This document shows positions 50,243 through 60,192 of a stretch of 64,000 bases of DNA, one piece after another (position 1 is the stretch's first letter; every line of letters begins with the position of its first letter). Location of the stretch: the NCBI GenBank assembly GCA_964356315.1, contig CAYHHA010000002.1, forward strand, positions 3,824-67,823, given 5' to 3'. Origin of the DNA: an uncultured Gammaproteobacteria bacterium. GTDB lineage: Bacteria; Patescibacteriota; Microgenomatia; UBA10105; UBA927. A model generated the notes under the pieces. It saw only the letters and a list, made by a program, of their open reading frames with translations. It ran no database searches and had not been told where the DNA came from. The position numbers and the translations under genes were made by a program.

Positions 50243-50363
50243 GGTGGCGCATGGTTTAGATTGCTGAATCTCATGGGAGGCATACTCTGCGAGATCAATC
50301 CGAGAAGAATGATAGTGTGGAGTGTAGGGGGTTTGAGTATTCTCTGAATATCTTAGAACGTGT

Positions 50364-51140
50364 TTAGAATGGTCGAACGATAAGCATAATAATCGCAAGA
50401 CATATGCGATATATACCAAACGAAATGAATGTATGATGTTCAATAAATCGAACGAAAAATTTAACAACGACAAGTGCTGTAATAAATGAAACGAAAAGTC
50501 CAATCGCTATATATTGCCACTCAGTGGTCGTGAATCTCAAGGCGTCGCTTTTTATAAGATCAAGTGCCGTTGCTGCAACCATTGTGGGAATGGCAAGAAG
50601 AAAAGAAAATTCCACCGCTTGTTTTCGGGACAACCCCGAAAGCTGACCACCAATGATGGATGCTGCCGATCGAGAAACACCAGGGATTACCGAAAGTGAC
50701 TGAGCAATGCCGACTAATACAGCTTGTTTTGCTGATATCGGTGCTGTAACGGCATCTTGAGAAGTGGTGTATTTGTGCTTCCATTCAAGGGCGATGATAA
50801 TGATGCCTCCTATAAATAGCGATGCGATAACAATATACGGATTTCCAAGCAGTACGTGTTTGATAATTTTATATAACGCAAGTCCAATAATTGCTGTTGG
50901 AATAAACGCTATCGCGAGCTTCGTAAGCATATTTCTATCCGTAAGGATTTTCCGTATGTACAAAACGGCAACAGCTGATATAGCTCCCAGTTGAATGAGT
51001 ATCTCAAAGCTTTTTGAAAAATCTGAATTTTGGATATGGAGAATGCTTCCGAGAAGCACAAGGTGTCCGGTGCTAGAAATGGGGAGAAATTCAGTTATGC
51101 CTTCTACTACTGAGAGTAATATCACATGGAATAAATTCAT
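50364..51140 (-). CDS. uppP: undecaprenyl-diphosphate phosphatase
   Basis: VEGITEFLPISSTGHL, IQLGAI, PGVSRS, EFSFLLAIP. Confidence 0.96.
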   Translation of the reverse strand: MNLFHVILLSVVEGITEFLPISSTGHLVLLGSILHIQNSDFSKSFEILIQLGAISAVAVLYIRKILTDRNMLTKLAIAFIPTAIIGLALYKIIKHVLLGNPYIVIASLFIGGIIIIALEWKHKYTTSQDAVTAPISAKQAVLVGIAQSLSVIPGVSRSAASIIGGQLSGLSRKQAVEFSFLLAIPTMVAATALDLIKSDALRFTTTEWQYIAIGLFVSFITALVVVKFFVRFIEHHTFISFGIYRICLAIIMLIVRPF

Positions 51141-51283
51141 TTGATTATGATACAGGATATTGCGATAAAAGTGCAGGGCTCCGCGGTTTTTCCAGTTTCT
51201 ACTTATGCGGAGTGATTGTGTGGTATACTCATTTTAGCTTGGAAGTAAGCGTATTTTTTTAGTTCCAAGATAAAGGAGAATAT

Positions 51284-51550
51284 ATGGCAATGAGTTTATT
51301 TATAGGAAATTTACCGTATTCGTACGATGATACGAAGCTTGTAGAATTGTTTTCTCCTGCAGGTACCGTTGTGTCTGCAAAAATCATTTCTGATAAATAT
51401 TCAGGTCGATCCCGAGGGTTTGGGTTTGTAGAAATGTCCTCTGATGATGAGGCAAGAAAAGCCATCGAGCTGTTTAATGGGAAAGATATCGACGGGCGCC
51501 CATTGGTTGTAAACGAAGCAAGGCCACGGGAAAATAAGCCACAACAATAA
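51284..51550 (+). CDS. RRM-domain RNA-binding protein
   Basis: RNP2 LFIGNL, RNP1 RGFGFVEM, VNEARPR; SD AAGGAG. Confidence 0.94.
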   Translation: MAMSLFIGNLPYSYDDTKLVELFSPAGTVVSAKIISDKYSGRSRGFGFVEMSSDDEARKAIELFNGKDIDGRPLVVNEARPRENKPQQ

Positions 51551-51596
51551 AGGTAAAGACATTCTTCTCGTATCGAAAATTCTTGGATAATAAGTT

Positions 51597-54134
51597 TTAA
51601 GGGGTCGGTGTCGCTGATGGAGTTGGTAGAGGATTACAGCGCCCACTTTGCGGTTGGGTTCCTGCAATGAAATATTCGACTCTTCCAAAGTAGCACGGGA
51701 TAGCAATCACGGTATCTGGTTTTTTCATGATTTCATCCTGTTTATTTTTTAGGAGTTCTTGCATGATGTCATGCCATATCGGAGCCGCTCCAGTGATGCC
51801 AGAGGTAAGATATGGATTCATTGGAGTGTTGTCATTGTTTCCTACCCAGACCGTGGTGACAAATGATGGGGTGTATCCAATGGTCCAATTATCCCGTTTA
51901 TTGTCTGTTGTTCCTGTTTTTACCGAGACAGTTTTGTCTTTAACGACTAAACTTGAATTAGGTCCAAATGCGGGTGTTCTAGCCACATTGTCACTGAGGA
52001 TATTGGAAATGATCCATGCTGTTTCAGACTTTATGGCCTGCGTATATTGAGGCTGTTTTGCTCTCTGATAGACACGACCTGCATAATCGGTAACCTCCAA
52101 TATCGGTTGAAGCTCCGTGCGTTTTCCATCATACGCCAATGCGCCATATACTTTCGCCATATCGAGCATCGTTACCTCTCCACCGCCTAAGGTGAGTGAT
52201 AAGCCAAATCTGCTTTCATCGCCCCATGTAGTGACTCCCATGTTTTTTCCCGTTGTTAACATTGTTGCGAGTCCAATTTTTTGTAGCAATTTTACTGCTG
52301 GAATATTATACGAATTTGCCAACGCGGATCTAAAAGGAACAGTCCCATGGAATTTTCCATCATAATTCACTGGAGAGTATGGGGGGCTCCCAAGTGATGT
52401 AAATGTAATAGGGGAATCATCTATGAGGCTTGCTGCTGTGAACCCGTTTTCAAGCGCTGCCGCATAGTTTACTACTTTGATAGATGAGCCTGGCTGGCGA
52501 AGAGCTGTTGTGACGTTTACATTGCCTTCTGCTTCAATATCGAAATAATTTTTACTTCCCACCATAGCAAGAATTTCGCCTGTGGTAGGATTGGTAACAA
52601 GAGCAGCTCCGTTTCCAACATTAAGAGATTTCAGTGACTCAATATTCCTTGCGAGAATTTCTTCCGCTTTTTCTTGGATCGTGATATCGAGTGATGTTTT
52701 GATTTGAAGACCGCCTTGATCTACAAGTCTTTCTCCGTATTGCTGTTCAAGAATGGATTTTACATACATCACAAAATGTGGCGCACGAATGGCGGTATTT
52801 GGGGTGGCAAATTTTATTTGCGTGTTTAGAGCATTTGTAGCGTCTTCTTGAGAAATATATCTATCTTCCACCATACGTCTGAGCACTTCTTTTTGTCGGG
52901 CAAATGCCTTTTCCGGATGAGATCCAAACGGAGAATATTCTGTGGGTGCGGCTGGAAGACCAGCCAGAAGCGCTGATTCTGCAAGGGTCAAATTTGTTGC
53001 GCTCTTTCCAAAATAGGTTTGACTAGCGGCCTCAATTCCCCACGCTGTTCCGCCGTATGGAACTTGATTTAAATACATTTCCAGTATTTGATTTTTTGTA
53101 TAGAGGCGTTCTGTCCAGAATGCGAGAAGCACTTCTTTAATTTTCCTGGTAATTTTTACCTCTGGGGAAAGGAGCGCAGATTTTATGAGTTGTTGCGTGA
53201 TTGTTGAGCCTCCTTGGACCTGTTTGTTAAACACCGTTTCTTTAGCAGCTCTCGCAATGCCTTTTAACGATATTCCTTGATGTTTATAAAAATCCCTATC
53301 TTCTATAGATATTGTTGCGTGAATTATAGAGTTCGGTATCGACTTAAGTGGTAATGGGGTTCGATTTTGATCTAGATATATCTCATATAATAATATCCCT
53401 TTTCTATCAAAAATCTTTGTCGTGACCTGTAAATCTCTTCTGGACAGTAAGTGTGGATTCGGGAGCGACATAAGTCTGTTGTATGACTCATAGGGAATAA
53501 AAACGAATAACACCGTGCACACGACGCCAGTAATAAAAGATTTCCAAGCATCAAGTGGGTCCTTTTTATATGTTTGCGATTGTTCGTTTTTCGAAACATT
53601 AGCGTAAGCTCGATAAAAAAACTCTTTTAGTCTCACGAGCAAAAGAGTCATAAGTGAAGCCCGTTCTTCTCCTTGGGTGGCCATTTCGAGTTGAAGTTGT
53701 TTAGTGTGTTTACGTTCTTTTCTTGCTTGAGCATCTGATTTGCGGGATGCAATTGATGCACGAATATATGTTATTTGTTTATGTATAAGAGCTTTAACGG
53801 TATTGCCAAACTCTTGCAGTGAAAATTTAGGATAGGAATACACGGCTTTATGAATGCGCTTCTTTGGTTCTTTCGGATGTTCCGATCTTTTTTTCAAGAA
53901 CGTATATACGATTTCCTTTTTTTCGTGAAGCCAACTTTTTGTGCCTGCTACCATCTCTTTGAAGAGTATAATAATAGTGCTATAAGTTACTTTGCTGAAG
54001 TAGATAATTGTACTGAATATTTTTCGAACCATACTGCCAATAGCTATAAATACTCTGATAATTAAGAGTACAGGAAGCACATAAAATGGCAATTGAGGCT
54101 GATTATTGTTGTTTGACTCACTACGACGGTCCAT
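51597..54134 (-). CDS. class A penicillin-binding protein (PBP1A family) with long N-terminal extension
   Basis: EDRDFYKHQG, GGSTITQQL, RKIKE; SSIK, SYN, KTGT. Confidence 0.93.
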   Translation of the reverse strand: MDRRSESNNNNQPQLPFYVLPVLLIIRVFIAIGSMVRKIFSTIIYFSKVTYSTIIILFKEMVAGTKSWLHEKKEIVYTFLKKRSEHPKEPKKRIHKAVYSYPKFSLQEFGNTVKALIHKQITYIRASIASRKSDAQARKERKHTKQLQLEMATQGEERASLMTLLLVRLKEFFYRAYANVSKNEQSQTYKKDPLDAWKSFITGVVCTVLFVFIPYESYNRLMSLPNPHLLSRRDLQVTTKIFDRKGILLYEIYLDQNRTPLPLKSIPNSIIHATISIEDRDFYKHQGISLKGIARAAKETVFNKQVQGGSTITQQLIKSALLSPEVKITRKIKEVLLAFWTERLYTKNQILEMYLNQVPYGGTAWGIEAASQTYFGKSATNLTLAESALLAGLPAAPTEYSPFGSHPEKAFARQKEVLRRMVEDRYISQEDATNALNTQIKFATPNTAIRAPHFVMYVKSILEQQYGERLVDQGGLQIKTSLDITIQEKAEEILARNIESLKSLNVGNGAALVTNPTTGEILAMVGSKNYFDIEAEGNVNVTTALRQPGSSIKVVNYAAALENGFTAASLIDDSPITFTSLGSPPYSPVNYDGKFHGTVPFRSALANSYNIPAVKLLQKIGLATMLTTGKNMGVTTWGDESRFGLSLTLGGGEVTMLDMAKVYGALAYDGKRTELQPILEVTDYAGRVYQRAKQPQYTQAIKSETAWIISNILSDNVARTPAFGPNSSLVVKDKTVSVKTGTTDNKRDNWTIGYTPSFVTTVWVGNNDNTPMNPYLTSGITGAAPIWHDIMQELLKNKQDEIMKKPDTVIAIPCYFGRVEYFIAGTQPQSGRCNPLPTPSATPTP

Positions 54135-54182
54135 AGAATGTGTTTATACCACAATCTATAGGCTGGTAACAAGCCGCATTTT

Positions 54183-56420
54183 TTACCGTATGTAGGTTTG
54201 TGTGTGTTCGGGATGTTGACAATCCAAACAATATTCTGAAAGCGCATCACGAATCACCATTTTTTCTTGTGGTTCAACGTTTGCCCCTGATTTATTTGGA
54301 ACGACGATGTCACCCGTATCTTTGTCTATAAGGACCGATTTTTTTAATTGCTCACGTTCCGTTGGTACTGTCCCTTTGATAAAATATTCAAACCGTATAG
54401 AGCAACCTGGATCATCACCATCTTTTGGTGGAAGAAGCCCAGTCATGGAGCATACACGAGCTCCGACGATACCATCTGGTTGTTTGGGCCATATATCAGA
54501 TTTTCCTTCAAGCACTTTCACCATGAGATCATGCCATATTGGCGCTGCTCCTGTAACGCCCGAAACTAACGCAGGATTCATCGGAGAATTGTCATTGTTA
54601 CCAACCCACGTGGCAACAAGAAATTGAGGAGTAAATCCAATCGTCCAGTTATCGCGAAGATCATCTGTCGTGCCAGTTTTTACCGAAACGGCGTGTTTTG
54701 GTATGACCAATTCTGAATTTGATCCAAATGCATCCATGCGAGCGTTATTGTCCAGAAGTATGTGGGAAATCAAAAACGCAGTCTCGGGGGAAATGATTCG
54801 CGGTCCTTGTAAGAGAAGTTGAGAGGGGATTTCTTGAGTAAGATTTTGATCTTTGTATTCTTCTGTAATTTTTCCATTTTTATCTGTGACCTTTAGGATG
54901 GAAACGAGATTCTTTCGGATGCCTCCATTTGCAAAAACGCCAAATGCTTCTGCCATATCAGTCATGTGCACCTCACCGCCTCCAAGCGTTAGTGAAAGCC
55001 CATATTGCTTTGGATCTTTGAGTGTATCTAGGCCAAACCCGCTGGCTGATGCTACCATAGCTTCAACTGTGTTTAGTTTTAACATCTTTACTGCTGGGAT
55101 ATTCAACGAATTTCCAAGTGACATGCGAAGGGCGACTGGTCCATGGAATTTCCCATCGTAATTTTTTGGACAATACGATGGTTGATTTATCACACCAAAA
55201 CAGGTAGGAATATCCAGAAATATGGTTGCCGCTGTTACTTTTTTCGTATCTAGACCAATGGCATAATTAATAGGCTTGATTGAAGATCCTGGTTGGCGAA
55301 GGGCAGTTGTGACATTATAGCTTCCTGATGGTGTTGCAAAGTAATCCGTGCTTCCAATCATCGCAAGAATCTCTCCGGTAGCAGGCTTGGTAATAAGTGC
55401 GGCTCCATTTCCTACACGTAAATATGATATTTTTTCAATTTCTGATGAAACTGTTGCCTGTGCATATTCCTGAAGACTTAGATCTAACGTCGTGATCACT
55501 TTAAGTCCGCCACGTTCGACAATCGCATCCCCGAATTTTTGGATAAGCTGATCTTTGACATACATAACAAAATGACCAGCTTTCAGTCCAGTATCTTTTT
55601 TGAATATAATTTCTTCTTTTGCGGCTCTGTCGGCTTGATCTTGTGAAATATATTTATCCGTCACCATGCGTTTGAGTACGTCTTTTTGCCTTTCTTTTGC
55701 ATATTCAGGATGTGCGCCAAATGGTGAGTATAGTGATGGCGCCTGTGGAAGACCAGCGAGAAGCGACGCTTCAGCAAGTGACAGATCTTTTACTTTTTTT
55801 CCATAATACCGCTCTGCTGCAGATTCTACTCCCCATGCCGTCCCACCATATGGAACTTGATTCAGGTAAAGCTCTAGTATCTTGTTTTTCGGATATATTG
55901 CCTCAACCCAAATTGCCAGAATGATCTCTTTGATTTTTCTGGTGATGGTCCTTTCCGGGGTAAGGAGAGCTGACTTGACGAGTTGTTGTGTGATTGTTGA
56001 CCCCCCTTGGAGCTTGTGCCCTGTGAGTGTCGCAGTCGCGGCTCTCAAGATTCCTCCAATTGGGTTTATTCCTTGATGGGTGTAAAAATCTTTATCCTCG
56101 ATGGATATGGTTGCTTGCTGGAGATATTTCGGTATTTCCGTAAGTGAAACAGCAGTTCGATTTTGATCAGCAAATATATCGTATAATAATTTCCCATTGC
56201 GATCATATATTTTTGTCGCAAGGGGGATATCGTATGTCCCAAGAGAAGCCGGAGATGGGAGATCTTTAAATATTAGAAGGTAAATAAATATAACGAGACA
56301 AAGAGGAATAATTAAAAAAATATATTTAAAAGACCTGTGTTGAATAATCCGATGATGAATCGGTTTTTTTGAGTGATGTTGTTTTTTTTCTTCGGTATGG
56401 GTGCTGTGATGTGCTTTCAC
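54183..56420 (-). CDS. class A penicillin-binding protein (PBP1A family)
   Basis: EDKDFYTHQG, GGSTITQQL, RKIKE; SSIK, SLN, KTGT. Confidence 0.94.
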   Translation of the reverse strand: MKAHHSTHTEEKKQHHSKKPIHHRIIQHRSFKYIFLIIPLCLVIFIYLLIFKDLPSPASLGTYDIPLATKIYDRNGKLLYDIFADQNRTAVSLTEIPKYLQQATISIEDKDFYTHQGINPIGGILRAATATLTGHKLQGGSTITQQLVKSALLTPERTITRKIKEIILAIWVEAIYPKNKILELYLNQVPYGGTAWGVESAAERYYGKKVKDLSLAEASLLAGLPQAPSLYSPFGAHPEYAKERQKDVLKRMVTDKYISQDQADRAAKEEIIFKKDTGLKAGHFVMYVKDQLIQKFGDAIVERGGLKVITTLDLSLQEYAQATVSSEIEKISYLRVGNGAALITKPATGEILAMIGSTDYFATPSGSYNVTTALRQPGSSIKPINYAIGLDTKKVTAATIFLDIPTCFGVINQPSYCPKNYDGKFHGPVALRMSLGNSLNIPAVKMLKLNTVEAMVASASGFGLDTLKDPKQYGLSLTLGGGEVHMTDMAEAFGVFANGGIRKNLVSILKVTDKNGKITEEYKDQNLTQEIPSQLLLQGPRIISPETAFLISHILLDNNARMDAFGSNSELVIPKHAVSVKTGTTDDLRDNWTIGFTPQFLVATWVGNNDNSPMNPALVSGVTGAAPIWHDLMVKVLEGKSDIWPKQPDGIVGARVCSMTGLLPPKDGDDPGCSIRFEYFIKGTVPTEREQLKKSVLIDKDTGDIVVPNKSGANVEPQEKMVIRDALSEYCLDCQHPEHTQTYIR

Positions 56421-56504
56421 ATCTTTATTATACCAGTTTCCTGTTTTGAATCATTACTCATATATGGTATATATAGGTAAGTATTTGTTGTAAGGAGGAA
56501 TGAT

Positions 56505-57110
56505 ATGTTTACTGTCTCTGATTTGCCATACGCATACAACGCACTTGAACCGTTTATTGATGAACAGACAATGCATATTCATCATGAAAAACATCATGCT
56601 GCGTATGTAAAAAATTTAAATGATGCCTTGATAGGGCAGGAAGAACTACTTTCTCTCCCTGTTGAGGAATTGCTTGCGGATTTGCTTCAGGTCCCTGAGG
56701 AGCTTCGGAGTAAAGTGAGAAATCACGGAGGAGGACACGCAAACCATACGATGTTCTGGGAAAGTATGGCGCCAAATGCAGGAGGAGAGCCTGTCGGGGA
56801 ATTAAAAAAAGCTATCATTGCAACATACGAAAGTTTTAGTGCATTTCAAGAGAAATTCACTGCAGCTGCTTTGGGACGTTTTGGTAGTGGATGGGCATGG
56901 CTCAGTGTAGATAAAGGTCGTTTAGTGATCGAAGATACCGCAAATCAAGATTCGCCACTTTTGGAGGGGAGAATGCCACTACTCGGAATAGATGTATGGG
57001 AGCATGCGTATTATTTGAAATATAAAAACGTGAGAGCTGACTATATAAAGAATTGGTGGAATGTAGTTAATTGGAAAGAGATTGAGAAGCGATTCAGTCA
57101 AGCGCTGTAG
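56505..57110 (+). CDS. sodA: superoxide dismutase, Mn-type signature
   Basis: LPYAYNALEP, HHEKHH, GGGHANH, DVWEHAYY; SD AAGGAGG. Confidence 0.93.
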   Translation: MFTVSDLPYAYNALEPFIDEQTMHIHHEKHHAAYVKNLNDALIGQEELLSLPVEELLADLLQVPEELRSKVRNHGGGHANHTMFWESMAPNAGGEPVGELKKAIIATYESFSAFQEKFTAAALGRFGSGWAWLSVDKGRLVIEDTANQDSPLLEGRMPLLGIDVWEHAYYLKYKNVRADYIKNWWNVVNWKEIEKRFSQAL

Positions 57111-57136
57111 TACATATTCAAATCGGCGTATCAGAT

Positions 57137-57850
57137 ATGAATGTGTCCACTGACTTTACCAAAGAGTATTGTATTGCATTTGCCCAGCATAATGGAGGTA
57201 AACCTCAGGAAGATTGCGTTACTATTTTCAATTCCGAATGTATCGCTATTGCTGATGGGGTAAGTGTTATGCCTCATGGAGATATTGCTTCTTCGTTTGT
57301 GTGTGAAACTGCTATATGGGCGTATAAGCATGTACGTCAGCGCCCGTATTACTGGGAAGAAAAAACTAAATTATTACAGAGAATTTTCCGCACAACCAAT
57401 TTATCCTTATGGCAAAAAAGGAAAGAATCTGATTTTGAGGATGGATTGGCTTCAACATTATGCATGGCAATATTCGGCAAGCATAAATTTTGGATCGGTG
57501 CTGTTGGAGATGGACGTGTGTACTTAATACGAGAAGGCCTTGTAGAAGAGTTGGTATCGCCGGAATCACAGTCATCTCTGCAGATCCCCATGGCACTTGG
57601 ATATCAAAAGACAGGTATTTTACCAAGATTAGTCTCAGAGCGGTTTATCGCAGGCGATGTACTGCTTCTTGCTACAGATGGAGCGTCTGACGTGTTAACT
57701 GAAGAGGATATACGGAGTGCTTGTGAGATCATTGGCGATACTCAGAAATCTTGCGAGGATGGAGTTCAATATATATTGAAGCGTTCATTAGAGCGTGGGA
57801 GCAAGGAGAACGGGTCAGTATGCATGGTAAAGCATTGTTCTTTGAAATAA
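57137..57850 (+). CDS. PP2C/PPM-family phosphatase-like protein
   Basis: QED, IADG, STL, VGD, LLATDG; last motif reads EN instead of DN. Confidence 0.75.
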   Translation: MNVSTDFTKEYCIAFAQHNGGKPQEDCVTIFNSECIAIADGVSVMPHGDIASSFVCETAIWAYKHVRQRPYYWEEKTKLLQRIFRTTNLSLWQKRKESDFEDGLASTLCMAIFGKHKFWIGAVGDGRVYLIREGLVEELVSPESQSSLQIPMALGYQKTGILPRLVSERFIAGDVLLLATDGASDVLTEEDIRSACEIIGDTQKSCEDGVQYILKRSLERGSKENGSVCMVKHCSLK

Positions 57851-57892
57851 TGGTGCTTTACAAATGTGATTTCGTCACTCTATACTAACTCT

Positions 57893-59377
57893 ATGCCTGC
57901 CGATTTCTTTGAACCAATAAGTAATAATGGTATTCCACCAATCTATCGATATTTCGATGGAAAAGACTGGGTGGAGAGTAAAAGTGGAAAGCGCGTTTCT
58001 GTATTATCCCCGATAGATGGATCCGTAGTTGGAGAAACTCAGGTTGTCACTCACGAAGAGATAGATGCTGCGCTCGAAAAAAATATCAGCGCTCAGCGGA
58101 AATGGGAAGCAACTCCTTTGAATGAACGAGTAAAGATTGTTCATCTTGCTGCAGATTGGACCATGCATTATCTCGATTATTTAGCTGCACTACTCGCTCG
58201 GGAAGTCGGAAAAACGATGAGCGAAGCGAAAAGTGAAATAAAAAGAACTGCAGAGCTCACAGATTATTTCGCTGACGAAGTGCAATCCATACGTGGAGAA
58301 ACGCTCGATAGTGATAATTTCCCAGGATATGACAAAGGACGAATTGCTGTGATAGAGCGAGTGGCTCATGGTGTTATCCTCGCAATTGCACCATACAATT
58401 ATCCAGTGAATTTAACAGGGAGTAAGATCGCTCCAGCTCTTCTTATGGGAAATAGTGTTATCGTGAAACCACCAACGCAGGGTTGTATCAGTGCACTCCA
58501 CCTTGTGAGAATTTTCGAAAAAGCAGGTGTTCCAGAGGGTGTAATGACGTGTATAACTGGTGGTGGGAGTGATATCGGAGATTATGTGGTCGCACATCCA
58601 AAAGTGCACATGGTCGCATTTACGGGAAATTCTGATACAGGCATGGCAATTGCTAGCAAAGCCGCTATGAAACCATTGTTGTTTGAATGTGGTGGTAACA
58701 ATGCAACCATTGTATTTCCTGATGCAGATATGATTTTGACGGCAAAAGAAATCATAAAAGGCGGATATGCATACGCCGGACAACGATGTACAGGTATTAA
58801 ATACGTCATGGGAACTCAAAGTGTTTTAGATCAGTTGCTTCCAGTAGTATTAGATCAAATGAAAGAATCTGTTCACATGGGCGATCCAAGAGATGCATCT
58901 ACAAAACTTGTTGGACCAGTCGTGACCTTGAAAAATGCAGAGTCTATTGAACGAGACATTAACGATGCGATTGCAGAGGGTGCAACCGTCGCAACCGGTG
59001 GCCATCGAAAAGACGCGTATATCGAGCCAACTATTTTAACTAATGTGAAACCAACGATGAAGATTATCTCAACAGAGGTATTTGGACCTGTCATATCGTT
59101 TGTAACGATTGGTGACATGAATGAGGCAGCTGAGATTGTAAACAAGCAGAGATTTGGACTTCAAGCGTGTGTGTTTACCAAAGATGAAGGAACTGGTTTG
59201 AAATATGCTGAATTATTGAACGTCGGAACAGTGCAAATAAATGGATCTCCACAACGCGGACCAGATCATTTTCCATTCCTTGGAGTGAAGCAATCAGGAA
59301 TTGGCGTGCAAGGCGTACGGTATTCACTCGAGGCCATGTCACGACTGAAGCCTGTTGTTATAAATAAACCTCAGTAA
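57893..59377 (+). CDS. gapN: NADP-dependent non-phosphorylating GAPDH (ALDH family)
   Basis: PYNYPVNL..SKIAPAL, KPPTQG, GQRCT, E.FGP, QRGPDHFPFLG; start ATG 57893. Confidence 0.85.
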   Translation: MPADFFEPISNNGIPPIYRYFDGKDWVESKSGKRVSVLSPIDGSVVGETQVVTHEEIDAALEKNISAQRKWEATPLNERVKIVHLAADWTMHYLDYLAALLAREVGKTMSEAKSEIKRTAELTDYFADEVQSIRGETLDSDNFPGYDKGRIAVIERVAHGVILAIAPYNYPVNLTGSKIAPALLMGNSVIVKPPTQGCISALHLVRIFEKAGVPEGVMTCITGGGSDIGDYVVAHPKVHMVAFTGNSDTGMAIASKAAMKPLLFECGGNNATIVFPDADMILTAKEIIKGGYAYAGQRCTGIKYVMGTQSVLDQLLPVVLDQMKESVHMGDPRDASTKLVGPVVTLKNAESIERDINDAIAEGATVATGGHRKDAYIEPTILTNVKPTMKIISTEVFGPVISFVTIGDMNEAAEIVNKQRFGLQACVFTKDEGTGLKYAELLNVGTVQINGSPQRGPDHFPFLGVKQSGIGVQGVRYSLEAMSRLKPVVINKPQ

Positions 59378-59589
59378 TTTTAGTGATACCTCTTAGATTT
59401 TTTTTCCTCTATTTTTTGTAAGACCTCAATTGATATATCCAAATAGGAAGCGATAGAAGTCGATATTCATTATTACTGATCGAATATCACAGTGATTTTA
59501 GCTATGTCTTCCGTTATTTGATAACAGGATTTTATGTTACCGTGTTTTAAAACAAGATAACATAACTATCAACAAACTTCTGTACGTTT

Positions 59590-60192
59590 TTAGCGTTTTT
59601 CAAATAAGAACATTGTGCCTACTCCATACTTGTGTTTATATGGATGTTTCCATAATAAGGAAAATGTATTTGATGATATTGGTATCTGTGTTAGTAAGAC
59701 GCGTGACCCCTGTTTTAATGTATTGAGTTGTTTCAGTAAATCACCTTTCAGTTGTTGTTCTAGCGTAGGTGGATGGATGCTTATATAGACAAAATCCGTG
59801 CTTATCAGAGAAACATTAAAATAATTTTTTTGCTTAAATAATATATGATCAGTCATCACTTCTGGAATCAGCGATAGTATTTTTTGAGCCATTGTTGCAG
59901 TCATGTGGAGTTCTGATAATTCTTCAACGCCGATTGCTTGTTTTAAATATGGAAACATCAATCCAGTGATTAATACTTTTTCTCCGATTCCAGATCCTAA
60001 ATCGATAAATGTCTGATCCGGTTTTAGATGAGCTTTCGTGAGTGTTTCATAGTAGCTTTCAATAGTAGCACCTCCGTATTGGTATGCATCTTCCTGAAAC
60101 GAATGTAATTTTTGCGCCCGCAAAGAAAGATTGTAAGCATCTACATTTTTGTGTGCGATAGCGAGCAGTTTTATAATTTTATCGAGGTTCAT
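59590..60192 (-). CDS. DOT1-like class I methyltransferase
   Basis: YQYG, FIDLGSGIG, AIGVE...LH, LKQGSRV; start overlaps the PNP stop (TAATG). Confidence 0.62.
   Translation of the reverse strand: MNLDKIIKLLAIAHKNVDAYNLSLRAQKLHSFQEDAYQYGGATIESYYETLTKAHLKPDQTFIDLGSGIGEKVLITGLMFPYLKQAIGVEELSELHMTATMAQKILSLIPEVMTDHILFKQKNYFNVSLISTDFVYISIHPPTLEQQLKGDLLKQLNTLKQGSRVLLTQIPISSNTFSLLWKHPYKHKYGVGTMFLFEKR

Noticed and set aside
50242-50320. tRNA or tmRNA ending GCGCCACCA on the minus strand
   Set aside because: No TTCGA T-loop and no matching acceptor stem upstream.
57865-57879. CRP/Rex-like site GTGA-N5-TCAC in the gapN promoter
   Set aside because: Spacer is one base shorter than the CRP/Rex consensus and no such regulator is in the window.
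59472-59483. 12-nt match ATTACTGATCGA to intron P2 (17841-17852)
   Set aside because: Too short; no other intron elements nearby; expected by chance in 64 kb.
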